Virus record (IMG/VR): IMGVR_UViG_3300050336_000170
Coordinates: 32,001 to 96,000 of that record
Length of the DNA stretch: 64,000 nt
Direction: 5' to 3' (one strand)
From: a virus
Taxonomy: Duplodnaviria > Caudoviricetes
Of this stretch, positions 44,367-55,397 are shown one piece after another. The notes under the pieces were generated by a model. The model worked only from the letters and a program-made list of their open reading frames with translations, was not told where the DNA came from and did not search any database. Both the position numbers and the translations under genes were made by a program. The first letter of the stretch is position 1. Each line of letters begins with the position of its first letter.

Positions 44367-45224
44367 ATGACAAATACAGTAACTAAATTACATGAAGATA
44401 TAAACACAACCCTTAATAATATTATCCAATTCCCCTATCCAACCAGTAATCAGACAATTAATATATCAAAATTAAAAGACACAAAAATCTATACTCCAAT
44501 AAATCTAACCAATTCATGTGATATCATAGACAACTCAATTAAAATAAAACACGATTCTGAACCAATAAAAAGTTTATCAGATATTAAACTCATTGCAGAT
44601 CACCTTCTGTCACAGAAAAAATACAGAGACTATATGCTATTTATCATTGGAATTAATTTTGGACTAAGAGCTTCAGACTTGCTTAGACTAAAATTTTCTG
44701 ACATTATCAACACAGACGGTACATTCAAATATAGTTTTGAATTAATTGAGCAAAAGACCAGTACAACAAGAAAGCACATTAAATGTAGATACATTCAGAT
44801 AAATAAAGCAGTACAAAATGCAGTAATAACATATCTTACTGAATATTCAGACACAACATTATCTGACTATCTTTTTACAAGTCAGAAACATGATACAGAT
44901 GAAGATAAAAATATTACAGACAAAACAAGACCTATAAGTGTAAAACAAATGGAAAGAATAATAAAAGATGTATGTAAAGAACTATCCATCACAGGCAGAT
45001 TTGCAACCCATACACTCAGAAAGACATTTGGATATCATATGATGCAATTGCATAACAACGATCCTAGATTTCTTGCTATACTTCAGAAGATATACGGACA
45101 CAGTAGCAGTACTATTACACTTAGCTATATAGGTATCACACAAGATGAAATAGATGTAGCTTATGAAAATCTTAACCTTGGACTTAGAGAAGGATTAATT
45201 GACAGTGATGTTTATGAAGGATAA
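44367..45224 (+). CDS. Tyrosine recombinase (catalytic-domain type, intact active site)
   Basis: GLRASD (R), EQKT (K), HTLRKT (HxxR), YGHSS (H), LSYIG (Y). Confidence 0.92.
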   Translation: MTNTVTKLHEDINTTLNNIIQFPYPTSNQTINISKLKDTKIYTPINLTNSCDIIDNSIKIKHDSEPIKSLSDIKLIADHLLSQKKYRDYMLFIIGINFGLRASDLLRLKFSDIINTDGTFKYSFELIEQKTSTTRKHIKCRYIQINKAVQNAVITYLTEYSDTTLSDYLFTSQKHDTDEDKNITDKTRPISVKQMERIIKDVCKELSITGRFATHTLRKTFGYHMMQLHNNDPRFLAILQKIYGHSSSTITLSYIGITQDEIDVAYENLNLGLREGLIDSDVYEG

Positions 45225-45445
45225 TACAGAAACAAAACACATAAACAAGTAAAACAAAATACAACATTAAGACAACCAACACATAAAGAAACAAATTTAA
45301 AACTAAACACCAAACAGCATTAGAAACCATTGTAAAGAAAACGAAACCAGAAACCAAAAAGAAGGTATTTCTCGCTGGTTGAAAACCAGAGAGAATAAGT
45401 ATTATTATAGTTAATTTGTTTATATAGTTATGGAGGGGGAAAATT

Positions 45446-45505
45446 TTACATGATTCATGTAATAAGAAATGCATATTTTTGACTTTTGACTACATGAATC
45501 ATGTA
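45446..45505. promoter_or_regulatory. Two TACATGAWTCATGTA palindromes (operator-like)
   Basis: 45446-45462 and 45491-45505, upstream of the 45536 ORF. Confidence 0.6.
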
Positions 45506-45535
45506 ATATACCCATGAATATTAACTTGAAAGGAC

Positions 45536-46303
45536 ATGGCATTGCAAAGCAGAAAACCGTATGTAACCATACCAAGAGAGATCATAGAACTAGAAAATGT
45601 TGATGATATTAGAATACCTATATATGTATATTTTTATTGCAGAAGACCTTTGATAGATATTGTAGGGTTTTCTATAGATAAACTTGCTGCATGTTGTGGT
45701 TATAAACCGAATAGTCACAAAAACATGATTAACGATAAATGCAAAGATGTTTTAAACCATTTTGTAAATAATGATTTGTTTTCTGAATACCCAGATGATT
45801 TCTCTGCATTTAAACATGATCAATACATTGAAGTAGCTTTAAATTATGAATGGTTTAGTCCAAAAACTACATATGCTTATATTGAGATAGAAGAGATAGA
45901 CAAAATCCTAAATTTCAAAAACACAATTAGTAGCTCAAATAAAATTACTTCATCTAAATTACTACTATTACTTGCTTACATAAGAGTTAATAAACTCACA
46001 CGGACAAAGATTCAGTCTGAGTCACATCCAGAAAACAAGCCAGAAATATTTTACAAGCATTATAAAGTTATTGCTGAAGATTTAAATTTGAGTGAAGACA
46101 CAATTGTGGTAGCCACAGATATACTTTGTAAGTTAGACATTATAGCAACAAAAGAAATACCAAGATATCAAGATGACTCTGGTAACTGGCATACAGATGT
46201 AACGTTATTTGCTGATAAGAAGGAGGGGTGGGAGAATGAGTTGATATGGGGGGAGGCACATATAAAGAGTAGCAAGAAAAAGAAGTATAACCAAAACGTA
46301 TAA
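45536..46303 (+). CDS. Winged-helix DNA-binding / replication-initiator-like protein
   Basis: Two HTH-like segments (SIDKLAACCG; YKVIAEDLNLSEDTI). Confidence 0.5.
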   Translation: MALQSRKPYVTIPREIIELENVDDIRIPIYVYFYCRRPLIDIVGFSIDKLAACCGYKPNSHKNMINDKCKDVLNHFVNNDLFSEYPDDFSAFKHDQYIEVALNYEWFSPKTTYAYIEIEEIDKILNFKNTISSSNKITSSKLLLLLAYIRVNKLTRTKIQSESHPENKPEIFYKHYKVIAEDLNLSEDTIVVATDILCKLDIIATKEIPRYQDDSGNWHTDVTLFADKKEGWENELIWGEAHIKSSKKKKYNQNV

Positions 46304-46321
46304 GGAGGTAAAATGTAAAAA

Positions 46322-46768
46322 ATGTCAAATAGCACAAATATAAATAAAAGTAGCATGGGTAGACCTAAGAGTAAAAACATAAACAAATCTATAAAAGAAA
46401 AGAAAACCAAAGCAGAATACACAGAAAAAGAATATAAATATTCTAAGGAAGAACAGGAACTACATCTCTACATAGATGAGATTGACAAAGTATGGAAAGC
46501 AGATGCAACAACTCCAAGATACATAAACAAGTTAATTAAGAATGGTTGGACTACTCAGAACATTACATATTACAAAGACGGATCACCTAAAGCAGCTACA
46601 TTCATAGCTCCTAAGAATGCAATATCTATTCGCAAAACCAAAGACGCTACAAAAGTTAAAACAAATGAAAGTAACAAGCCAAAACGTGTAATGACTGATG
46701 AACAAAAATTAGCAATGAAAATTGGCAGAGAAAATAAAAAAGCACAAAAAGCACAATTAGATAAATAA
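46322..46768 (+). CDS. Basic hypothetical protein
   Basis: AAGGAGG SD; EQELHL...KRVMTDEQK motif. Confidence 0.7.
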   Translation: MSNSTNINKSSMGRPKSKNINKSIKEKKTKAEYTEKEYKYSKEEQELHLYIDEIDKVWKADATTPRYINKLIKNGWTTQNITYYKDGSPKAATFIAPKNAISIRKTKDATKVKTNESNKPKRVMTDEQKLAMKIGRENKKAQKAQLDK

Positions 46769-47502
46769 TATTGAAATCATTTATTTAAACAATTAAAATT
46801 AGCATTGCAATATTGCCTATGTAGGTACAAGGGTAATATTGTTTTAGAGTGATTTATATTTATTTAATAAATGAAATTAGATAGTAATAATTAATTGTTT
46901 TATTGTTGTGTCAAATACGCAAGTAACATTATAGTTTTTACCCTCAATTTTGCACGTTTACACCATTGGGTATGTAACTATATACCCTGCCCTATAAAAA
47001 TCAAAATTATACCTAAAACATATATATCAATTAATTATTTAAAATTACTTATATACTTTGCTACTACTCCAGTACAAATGAATCAATACTAACTAAAAAT
47101 CATTTAGAAAGGATTTGATACAGAATGGAATCAACAAATATAAACAACATAAATTTGAAAGGAAATTATTTTAATTACAATGACATATTCAAAATTTTTA
47201 GAGCAAGAACCAGAAGACCGAGGGTTAGACCATGAATCAGAAGACTTTGACTTCTTTGAAACAAAATTACATAAGTGCGATTGTGAATGCTTATGGTTCA
47301 GTGATTGTAAATCAATAGGTAAGGAAGAATTTGATTACATATTAAATTATGGTTGTGAGGATTATTATTCTGCTCAACTAGATTATACAAATGATGAGAT
47401 AGTGGATAGGTACATAGAGATGGGTAGGAAAGAGTATAGAGATAGATGGATACAGGAGTATGACCAGTTTCAGACTGAGTGGAATTGAAGGTGTAATGTT
47501 TA

Positions 47503-48498
47503 TTGATTGAAGAAATTTGGAAAGACATTAAAGGTTATGATGGATTTTATCAGGTAAGTAATTATGGCAATGTAAAAAGTTTAGATCGTACAATATATAA
47601 AAAAGATGGAAATACTGAATTTCGTAAAGGTCAACTTATGCAAAAAGTAATTGACAAAGATGGATATTATGTAGTTGGGCTTAGAAGACCAGATAAAAGC
47701 AAAAAGTCTTATAGGGTAAATCAACTAGTTGCTTTAGCATTTATTGACAACCCAGATAATTATGATCAAACAAACCACAAAGATGAAAATAGATTAAATA
47801 ACTATGTTTATAATTTAGAATGGTGTACAAGTAAATATAATAATAATTATGGAACAAGGAACGAAAAGTTGACTACATATGATAAGTCTAAAAGAGTCGT
47901 TGTCTTTGATAAATTTGGATATTATATTGGTGTATACGCTAATCTAAATGAAGCCTGTCAATTTTATAATCTAGATAAATCGCTATTCAGAAAGAATAGG
48001 GTATATACAAGTTATAATGAATATATTTTATGTTATGAAAATAATTTTGACACAGTACCAGAATTTATTGACCCAACTAAACTAGTAAAAAAAACAACAG
48101 ACTATATAGTTATTTATAATGTATTTACAGGAGCATTGATAAAAATTTATGATGACTTAATTTTAGCAAGTCTTGATCTTAATACAAATATACATATGAT
48201 TAGAAGTAGAATTAAAAGTAAAACACCGTACAAAAATTTCATAATTAAAAAATACAAAAACAAAAACGACATTGCAAACAGTATAGAGATAACCAAATAT
48301 AAAAAGTTATTTATAGTACAATATGATAAATATATGCAAGTAATTAATGTGTGGAATTCAGCAAAAGAAATTAGCAATAGACTAGGATATGATAATAGTG
48401 CAATACTTAAATGTTGTAAACAAATTAGAGAAAGTGCATATGGTTACATTTGGCGTAGAGAATATTTAGTTATGAATGAAAATGTGGAGGTGGCGTGA
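47503..48498 (+). CDS. NUMOD4-HNH homing endonuclease with NUMOD1-like repeats
   Basis: EIWKDIKGYDGFYQVSNYGNVKS; NHKDENRLNNYVYNLEWCT. Confidence 0.9.
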   Translation: MIEEIWKDIKGYDGFYQVSNYGNVKSLDRTIYKKDGNTEFRKGQLMQKVIDKDGYYVVGLRRPDKSKKSYRVNQLVALAFIDNPDNYDQTNHKDENRLNNYVYNLEWCTSKYNNNYGTRNEKLTTYDKSKRVVVFDKFGYYIGVYANLNEACQFYNLDKSLFRKNRVYTSYNEYILCYENNFDTVPEFIDPTKLVKKTTDYIVIYNVFTGALIKIYDDLILASLDLNTNIHMIRSRIKSKTPYKNFIIKKYKNKNDIANSIEITKYKKLFIVQYDKYMQVINVWNSAKEISNRLGYDNSAILKCCKQIRESAYGYIWRREYLVMNENVEVA

Positions 48499-48501
48499 CC
48501 A

Positions 48502-51024
48502 TTGTTTGCACCTCCACTTTATACAGTACGCAAATATCCATTGAAATACATTATTGATAATAATTTTAACATCCAACATTCAATAAAAGATGATAAACGT
48601 TTTAACATTAAGCAGCAAGATAATCTACTCTTTAGACAAATTCGTTTAATAACTAAAGACAAAAAAGAATTTAATAAATATATAACATTTGTTGATTGTA
48701 AAGGTGGTCAAAGTTATCAGTCAGAATTGACTAAGTTAGTATTAGATGGATTCAAATTAATATCTCAAGACATGGATATTAGTGAACGCTCTGCTTCTAT
48801 GACTAGAGTTCAGATATTAAGTTACGTAGATAAACAAATAGAACCTGAATTATCTGAAAGAGTATCTATGGGAATCAAATTACCAAAAACCGTGTTGTCA
48901 AAGTATTTTGCTTATCGTGGACTAATGTTAAGCTCATGTCATTGTCTTGAAAACTGGTATCCTAAGATTATAGTAGTGCCTGATTATTACCGCATTATAC
49001 CTAATCAGAGAATAAAATATGTTTACGATAAAGATACTGAATTTGTTGACAAAAACGGTATTAGTAGAAAATGGACTCAAAAAGATATCGCTGAAAAAGT
49101 AACAGATATTAAGATCAATGTATTTGACGGGTCTGGTATTCATCATCCGCATATATCTAAAACCGTTAAAGATATGATTGGAAGTAAAACCAATATGACA
49201 AGTCTATTGTGGAGAATGCCTTTTATTAAAGGTGTAACTCATGAAATGGATTATACAAAGTTTTATGAAGATCATGGTATTAGTCATATTATGGATATAT
49301 GGGGTGTATCCCATAGTATATATGATCAAATGATTATTATTACAGAAAGTATGTATAAGGGTAAGAAATATTTTGAACAATATAAAGATATAAGAGATTG
49401 GGAAGAATATTGGAATAGATTTACAAAATATGAGCATTGTGTTGGTGTTGCGAAATGGAATTTTAGCTTAGAGGAAGAACCACTATATACAAGAGCAAAT
49501 TATCAAATACTTCAGGATTTACAATTACAATATGATGACTTTGCTATGCTTGCATTAGATAGTATAGAGTGGGCAACGAAAATTATAGACGGAGATTTTT
49601 TATATACATATTGTTTTTTAGGATTATTCGCTGATAAACATAAACCATTAAACTCATATTGTAAAGCAATTCTAAAAAATCCAGAAATGTTAAAAGAATA
49701 TGGAATTAGGCAGTATTTTATATCACTTATTTCAAAATATATAGATGAATTCAAATGCGGTAAATTGTGGCTTAAATCATGTTTTAAATTCTTAGTACCT
49801 GACTTAATTATGATGTTGGAATGGATAGGTGGGAATCAAAATCCAGAAGGTTGTCTAAATTTTGATGAGTTTTATTCACTAGATATTGATGGTGTGTATT
49901 CAGGAGAATATGCTATTGAACGAAATCCGCACATATGTAAATCAGAACATGTAATTCTTAAAGGCGTTAATAATAATATCATTAAAGATTATTGCTCACA
50001 TTTAAGTAATATATGTATGATAAATGGCAAAAGCATTACACCACAACGCCTTAACGGAGCAGACACCGATGGTGATCTTGTCCTTGTTGTCGATCATGAT
50101 TTATTTAAATCAGGAATAGACATAAATGTTCCTGTGGTAATTGATATAGATGATAAAATTACCGCTTTAGAAGAAGAGATAACTAAAGAGAATCAGTTAA
50201 ATTTAATTTTACGCACAATGAATTCGCTTATTGGAGAAACCAGCAATTGTGCTACTGGATATCACAACAAAGTACCAAAGACTGACGAACAAAAACAAAA
50301 ATATGAATCTTATATTGATTTATTGTCTGTTATAAATGGAAAAGCAATTGACTACGCAAAAACTGGGGTTTTATTTAACATTCCTAGAAACATTGCAAAA
50401 TATAGTAAACCACTTCCCTATTTTATGAAATATGCAAGCGAATACTATAAGAAACAGAAAAATTTTTCACGGTCACAAAGTAACATGAATCGTCTTTGTT
50501 TTGAATTGGAAAAGTGGAGCAAGACCATAAGGTTTAGACGAAAATTTAACGATTTTGATTACAGTATTATGATTGACGATTCCATAAATATTTCAGAAGA
50601 ATTGTTCTCAGAAATTGAGTCAATATATTTAGATTTCTGTAAAGAAATGAATGAATTAGGGAGACTGCAATCTAAACTCAAAAACTATAAACAATATGTT
50701 GATGAATTTGATGGTGTAATAACATATCAAGAAGCTCAAAATACAGTTATAGACTGGAAATATTATTATAATCAGTATAAAGAAAAATGTATGGCTATAT
50801 GTAAAGATCAAAAATCTCTTGCTAATATTACTGTTAGGTTATTTTATGAAAAATATCGAAATAAGAGTAATAAATTTATGTGGATTGTTGCTGAAGAAGG
50901 AATTATAAATAATATTAAACAGATGAATATTAAATTGCCCATAAGAAGTAATGGTGGAGACTATATGTATTTAGGTAAGAAATATGATATAGTAAAAGTA
51001 AATTCGGAGGATATACATATTTGA
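48502..51024 (+). CDS. yonO: YonO-like single-subunit (double-psi barrel) RNA polymerase
   Basis: RNPH, NGADTDGD (DxDGD), AIDYAKTG motifs; 840 aa; position upstream of late genes. Confidence 0.85.
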   Translation: MFAPPLYTVRKYPLKYIIDNNFNIQHSIKDDKRFNIKQQDNLLFRQIRLITKDKKEFNKYITFVDCKGGQSYQSELTKLVLDGFKLISQDMDISERSASMTRVQILSYVDKQIEPELSERVSMGIKLPKTVLSKYFAYRGLMLSSCHCLENWYPKIIVVPDYYRIIPNQRIKYVYDKDTEFVDKNGISRKWTQKDIAEKVTDIKINVFDGSGIHHPHISKTVKDMIGSKTNMTSLLWRMPFIKGVTHEMDYTKFYEDHGISHIMDIWGVSHSIYDQMIIITESMYKGKKYFEQYKDIRDWEEYWNRFTKYEHCVGVAKWNFSLEEEPLYTRANYQILQDLQLQYDDFAMLALDSIEWATKIIDGDFLYTYCFLGLFADKHKPLNSYCKAILKNPEMLKEYGIRQYFISLISKYIDEFKCGKLWLKSCFKFLVPDLIMMLEWIGGNQNPEGCLNFDEFYSLDIDGVYSGEYAIERNPHICKSEHVILKGVNNNIIKDYCSHLSNICMINGKSITPQRLNGADTDGDLVLVVDHDLFKSGIDINVPVVIDIDDKITALEEEITKENQLNLILRTMNSLIGETSNCATGYHNKVPKTDEQKQKYESYIDLLSVINGKAIDYAKTGVLFNIPRNIAKYSKPLPYFMKYASEYYKKQKNFSRSQSNMNRLCFELEKWSKTIRFRRKFNDFDYSIMIDDSINISEELFSEIESIYLDFCKEMNELGRLQSKLKNYKQYVDEFDGVITYQEAQNTVIDWKYYYNQYKEKCMAICKDQKSLANITVRLFYEKYRNKSNKFMWIVAEEGIINNIKQMNIKLPIRSNGGDYMYLGKKYDIVKVNSEDIHI

Positions 51025-51644
51025 TTAATGAAGTATTAGAAGTACAAGAATATTTGAATGGCAAAAATATAACAGATAAAAACTTATATAGAATTTGTTA
51101 CATGCTTGCTAAGTGGTTTAAAGAGCAGGGGAAAAGTCATATTGAGATCAGACAGTCAATATTTCAGTGGGGAAAAATAAATAATGTTTTTATTAAATAT
51201 AATGTAAATAATATAATTTATCAAGCACTAGAAGATAAGCGTAGACTAAAAGAAAATGTTATAATAAAGATCAATAACAATGACATATTTGAAATTACAA
51301 AGAGATTTGATAGTAAAAATTGCAAATTAGTTGCTCTAGCAATATTGTGTTATGCTAAATGTTATGCTAATAGGGACAATGAATTTATAATATCAGCAAC
51401 CGCCCTATCGAATTGGTTACATATTAATCATGGAAATTTGTGTGGAAAATACATACCTGAATTGATAGATTTTGGATTTGTAACTAAAGTATATTCCGAA
51501 AAGACATATTCATGGAATAAAAACATTAAGTCGAAATCTTTATGTTTAAGGTTAGAAATTAAGTTTTCTAATTCTGGTGATTTTCAACTTAGAGACAATT
51601 TGATTGAAGACTTGTATAATGAAATTTTTGCTCACAATATATGA
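51021..51644 (+). CDS. Hypothetical protein coupled to the RNAP gene
   Basis: 4-bp overlap with the RNAP stop; GGAGG SD. Confidence 0.7.
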   Translation: MINEVLEVQEYLNGKNITDKNLYRICYMLAKWFKEQGKSHIEIRQSIFQWGKINNVFIKYNVNNIIYQALEDKRRLKENVIIKINNNDIFEITKRFDSKNCKLVALAILCYAKCYANRDNEFIISATALSNWLHINHGNLCGKYIPELIDFGFVTKVYSEKTYSWNKNIKSKSLCLRLEIKFSNSGDFQLRDNLIEDLYNEIFAHNI

Positions 51645-51773
51645 ATACTAATAATGTGTTTAATTTTGTGCTTTAATTACATATTTTAGTTTTATATTTT
51701 AACTAATTTAGACCGTCTTTATGACGATCTAAATTTTTACCATAATATTTACAAACAAAAGGAATGAAATAAC

Positions 51774-51956
51774 ATAATTCAGATTACCCAGAGTGAACGG
51801 GATTACATTCTAAGTCTACTCCCTACTGCCCAAGTACACATGACAAGCAAGAATAAAAAAGGTCGTGGTGTCGATCACGGAAAAACGTATTATTTATGTG
51901 AAAGCAAAGACGCAATGAGTATACTCAAAAAATATCGCAATAATCAAAATAAATAA
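51774..51956 (+). CDS. 60-aa protein with probable ATA start (IIQITQSERDYIL...KTYYLCES)
   Basis: AAAGGA SD upstream of ATA; open frame. Confidence 0.5.
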   Translation: MIQITQSERDYILSLLPTAQVHMTSKNKKGRGVDHGKTYYLCESKDAMSILKKYRNNQNK

Positions 51957-52142
51957 AATAATTATAAAGGATGATTATTACTTAATGATTAACAATTATC
52001 TCTGTGAAAAATGTGGACATTCAGAAGTGTGTAAGATTATGGATATTCTTGCTAAGTTTAGCAAAGATTCAAAGAAATCTCTTGGTGTTAATATTACAAT
52101 GGATGGATGTTCTAATTATGATGATATTGACGGAGAGGATGA

Positions 52143-53504
52143 ATAAGAATATTTGATTTTAAATCAGAAATAGAAAAGTTAGGTATTACAGTAGAGCAAT
52201 ACGAAAGTTGTATAACAGATATTTTTGATAAAGTTAAAAATAGCAATGTTGATTTAGACTGGTCGGATATCGTAGAGAAATACAACTTGCCTATTACAAA
52301 AGACACCCTTAGAAAATCTTCTTCACCTATACCGTTTGGTAGTGTTTTTGTAAGTGAATATTTAAAAAGTAAAAATATTTCTGAAGATTCATTTGTAGAA
52401 AATAAGATTAGAAATTTTAAACCATCTGAAGAAGGTAATGTTGATGGATCAAGAACATTTGATAGGCTTATTGAAATATGTGATACTGATGAAATAACAC
52501 CTGAGTTATTACTTGAATTACATAAACTCGATAAATCAAGGTGGAAAGTTGTTTCATACAAGAATAATTATTGGCATAGTCAAATTAAAGGTGGTAAACG
52601 CCTTGTAATGTATCAGAGCAAGGTTACAGTAAAACCATACAATTATGATGAGATAAGTCCATATAGTTTGAAAACTTGGTTTGAACAATTTACACCTAAA
52701 CCTATTTCTAATGTTAATCGTATTTCTAATTATGGTCAGGGTAATAGTTGCTTACTTTTGCCAGTCGTTGATCTTCACTACAACTTGTTAGCCACTACTT
52801 TTATTACTGGTAATGAATATAATTGTAAAATAGCAAAAGATAGATTTTTGAGTGTAATTGATGATAACATTGAACAATCAAAAGACAAAGGCGTTTCTAA
52901 AATTATATTCCCTATTGGTAATGATTTATTTAATGCTAATGGTATAAACGGGACAACATTTAAGGGAACTCAACAAACAAATGAGAAACATATATTTGAA
53001 GCATATATTGAATTGTTTGAAATTATGGTGGAAGCTTTACGGCGTTTGGGAGAAATAGCTCCTGTGGATGTAATATATATACCATCCAACCATGATAAAG
53101 AAATTTGCTTCTATTTTATTTATAATTTATATACTCAATTTAAAAATGAAACGAAAATTAATGTTAATGTTGATTATTCTCCAATTAATAACAAATATCG
53201 TAGATTTGGTAATACATTAATGATGTTTACTCATGATGTAAAAATGGATAAGGCTGGAAATATTGTTTTTGATGAAGCTGATGAATTAAAAGATGGAGCT
53301 AAGTGGATCGAAGTGTTTTTAGCCCATTTACATTCAGAAACAGTAAAACAAGAGCGAAATATTACACTTCGTAGATTACCAACAATAAGTGGGAAATCTA
53401 GTTGGACGGTAGAGAGCGGTTATGGATCAAATCTAGTAAGTCAATCTTTTCTAATCAATGATAGGTATAATATCAGAAATGTTCTCTATACAATGGTGGA
53501 TTAA
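52143..53504 (+). CDS. Metallophosphoesterase-fold protein (YonJ-like)
   Basis: DLH, GND, SNHD, HD, AHLH motifs; frame open upstream of 52287 to ATA at 52143/52149. Confidence 0.75.
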   Translation: MRIFDFKSEIEKLGITVEQYESCITDIFDKVKNSNVDLDWSDIVEKYNLPITKDTLRKSSSPIPFGSVFVSEYLKSKNISEDSFVENKIRNFKPSEEGNVDGSRTFDRLIEICDTDEITPELLLELHKLDKSRWKVVSYKNNYWHSQIKGGKRLVMYQSKVTVKPYNYDEISPYSLKTWFEQFTPKPISNVNRISNYGQGNSCLLLPVVDLHYNLLATTFITGNEYNCKIAKDRFLSVIDDNIEQSKDKGVSKIIFPIGNDLFNANGINGTTFKGTQQTNEKHIFEAYIELFEIMVEALRRLGEIAPVDVIYIPSNHDKEICFYFIYNLYTQFKNETKINVNVDYSPINNKYRRFGNTLMMFTHDVKMDKAGNIVFDEADELKDGAKWIEVFLAHLHSETVKQERNITLRRLPTISGKSSWTVESGYGSNLVSQSFLINDRYNIRNVLYTMVD

Positions 53505-53686
53505 TTATCTTAACAAATTACGATTAAGTCCCACATTTTACAGTGGGTACATATAGCTCTTAGATGAGCAACAAAGAAACAGGGTGGGGATTTTTATTAT
53601 ATTAAGCGAGAACACCCGTGACTTCAGTCATGGGATGAATCGCTTGCATATGTTATTCAAAATAGTTAAATAAATGGCGTAATTAC

Positions 53687-54145
53687 TTGACAAATTGCTA
53701 TACATATGTTAAAATAAGTATGGTGATAAATATGGAAATTAAGTCAGGTAGAGGATATGTATATTCAATTCAATATCATATAGTATGGTGTGTAAAATAT
53801 AGGCATAAAATACTCAATGATGTTGTTGAAAGTAAATTAAAAGGTATTCTAAACAAAATATCAAATGATAATGGATTCACAATAATTGAGTTTAATTCAG
53901 ATAAAGACCACATACATTTGTTAATAGATTGTTGTCCGCAACATTATATTCCAGATATTATAAAAGCATTAAAAGGTGTAAGTGCAAGGTTATTAATGAA
54001 AGAATTTCATGATGATTTAGTTAAAAAGTTATGGGGAGGACATATTTGGAACTCATCATATTTTGTGGCTACAGTAAGTGAAAACACTGAGGAACAAATA
54101 AAACAATATATAAAGAAACAGAAAATAAAACAGAAAGAGAGGTGA
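53687..54145 (+). CDS. tnpA: IS200/IS605 HUH (Y1) transposase
   Basis: [20 protein letters not shown]; likely start at 53732. Confidence 0.95.
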   Translation: MTNCYTYVKISMVINMEIKSGRGYVYSIQYHIVWCVKYRHKILNDVVESKLKGILNKISNDNGFTIIEFNSDKDHIHLLIDCCPQHYIPDIIKALKGVSARLLMKEFHDDLVKKLWGGHIWNSSYFVATVSENTEEQIKQYIKKQKIKQKER

Positions 54146-55272
54146 AGATTGAGATGGAAAAAGCATATAAATTTAGATTATATCCCAATACAGAACAAGA
54201 ACAATTAATTCAAAAAACATTTGGTTGTTGTAGATTTGTATATAATTACTATCTTAATAAAAGAATAGAATTATATAAACAAGATAAATCAAGTTATAAT
54301 TATAATGAATGTGCAAATGATTTAAAGCAATTTAAAACCAACTATGATTGGTTAAAAGAAGTTGATTCTATTTCGCTTCAATCTTCACTTAAAGACTTAG
54401 ATGTTGCTTATCAAAACTTTTTTAGAGAAATCAAGAAAGGTAACAATAATCAGGGGTTTCCTAGATTTAAGTCAAAGAAAAACAAACATAAATCTTATAA
54501 AACAAAGTATACAAATGGAAATATTCAAGTATTAGAAAAACACATAAAACTTCCTAAACTTGGTTTAGTTAAATGTAAAGTATCTAAACAAATTGAAGGA
54601 CGTATACTTAATACGACAATCTCACAGAATCCAAGTGGTAAATATTTTGTAAGCGTTTGTTGTACTGATGTTGAAATAGAACCATTTGAAAAAACTGGAG
54701 CAGTTGTTGGTATAGATTTGGGTATTAAAGAATTTGCTATAACAAGCGATGGGCAACACATAGAGAATCCCAAATACTTAAAACAAAGTGAAGAAAAACT
54801 TGCTAAACTTCAAAGACAACTATCCCGAAAAACAAAGGGTAGTAGTAATTGCAATAAAGCAAGAATCAAAGTAGCAAGGCAACATGAAAAAATTACTAAC
54901 CAAAGGAATGACTTTTTGCATAAATTATCCACTCAAATAGTAAAAGAATATGACATTATTTGTTTAGAAGATTTACAAATCAAGAATATGGTTAAAAATC
55001 ATAAACTTGCAAAAAGCATAAGTGATGTATTATGGGGCGAATTTACAAGACAGATAGGTTATAAATCAGATTGGTATGGTAAAACAATACAAAAAGTTGG
55101 TAAATTCTATGCAAGTAGTCAACTTTGTGGTGAATGTGGTTATCAAAACAAAGATGTAAAAGACTTATCTGTTAGAGAGTGGGATTGTCCTAATTGCGGT
55201 AAGCATTATGATAGGGATGAAAATGCAAGTAACAATATATTAAGTGAAGGGTTAAGATTGCTTTCTGCATAA
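54142..55272 (+). CDS. tnpB: RNA-guided endonuclease TnpB
   Basis: [17 protein letters not shown], CxxC..CxxC, DRDENA. Confidence 0.95.
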   Translation: MKIEMEKAYKFRLYPNTEQEQLIQKTFGCCRFVYNYYLNKRIELYKQDKSSYNYNECANDLKQFKTNYDWLKEVDSISLQSSLKDLDVAYQNFFREIKKGNNNQGFPRFKSKKNKHKSYKTKYTNGNIQVLEKHIKLPKLGLVKCKVSKQIEGRILNTTISQNPSGKYFVSVCCTDVEIEPFEKTGAVVGIDLGIKEFAITSDGQHIENPKYLKQSEEKLAKLQRQLSRKTKGSSNCNKARIKVARQHEKITNQRNDFLHKLSTQIVKEYDIICLEDLQIKNMVKNHKLAKSISDVLWGEFTRQIGYKSDWYGKTIQKVGKFYASSQLCGECGYQNKDVKDLSVREWDCPNCGKHYDRDENASNNILSEGLRLLSA

Positions 55273-55397
55273 GTAAGTAAAGTATAATAAAATACCGTAG
55301 AAACTACGGAAATTAACGCCTGTGGAGATAGTAGGTTACGAGGTCTTAGAAGCAGGAATCATGCGACTTTAGTCGTGTGAGGTTCAAATGAAAGGAT

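Larger units (their letters stand above)
53601..55386 (+). mobile_element. IS200/IS605 element (tnpA + tnpB)
   Basis: Left-end hairpin CCCGTGACTTCAGTCATGGG after TTAT; right-end CATGCGACTTTAGTCGTGTG-AGGTTCA. Confidence 0.9.
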
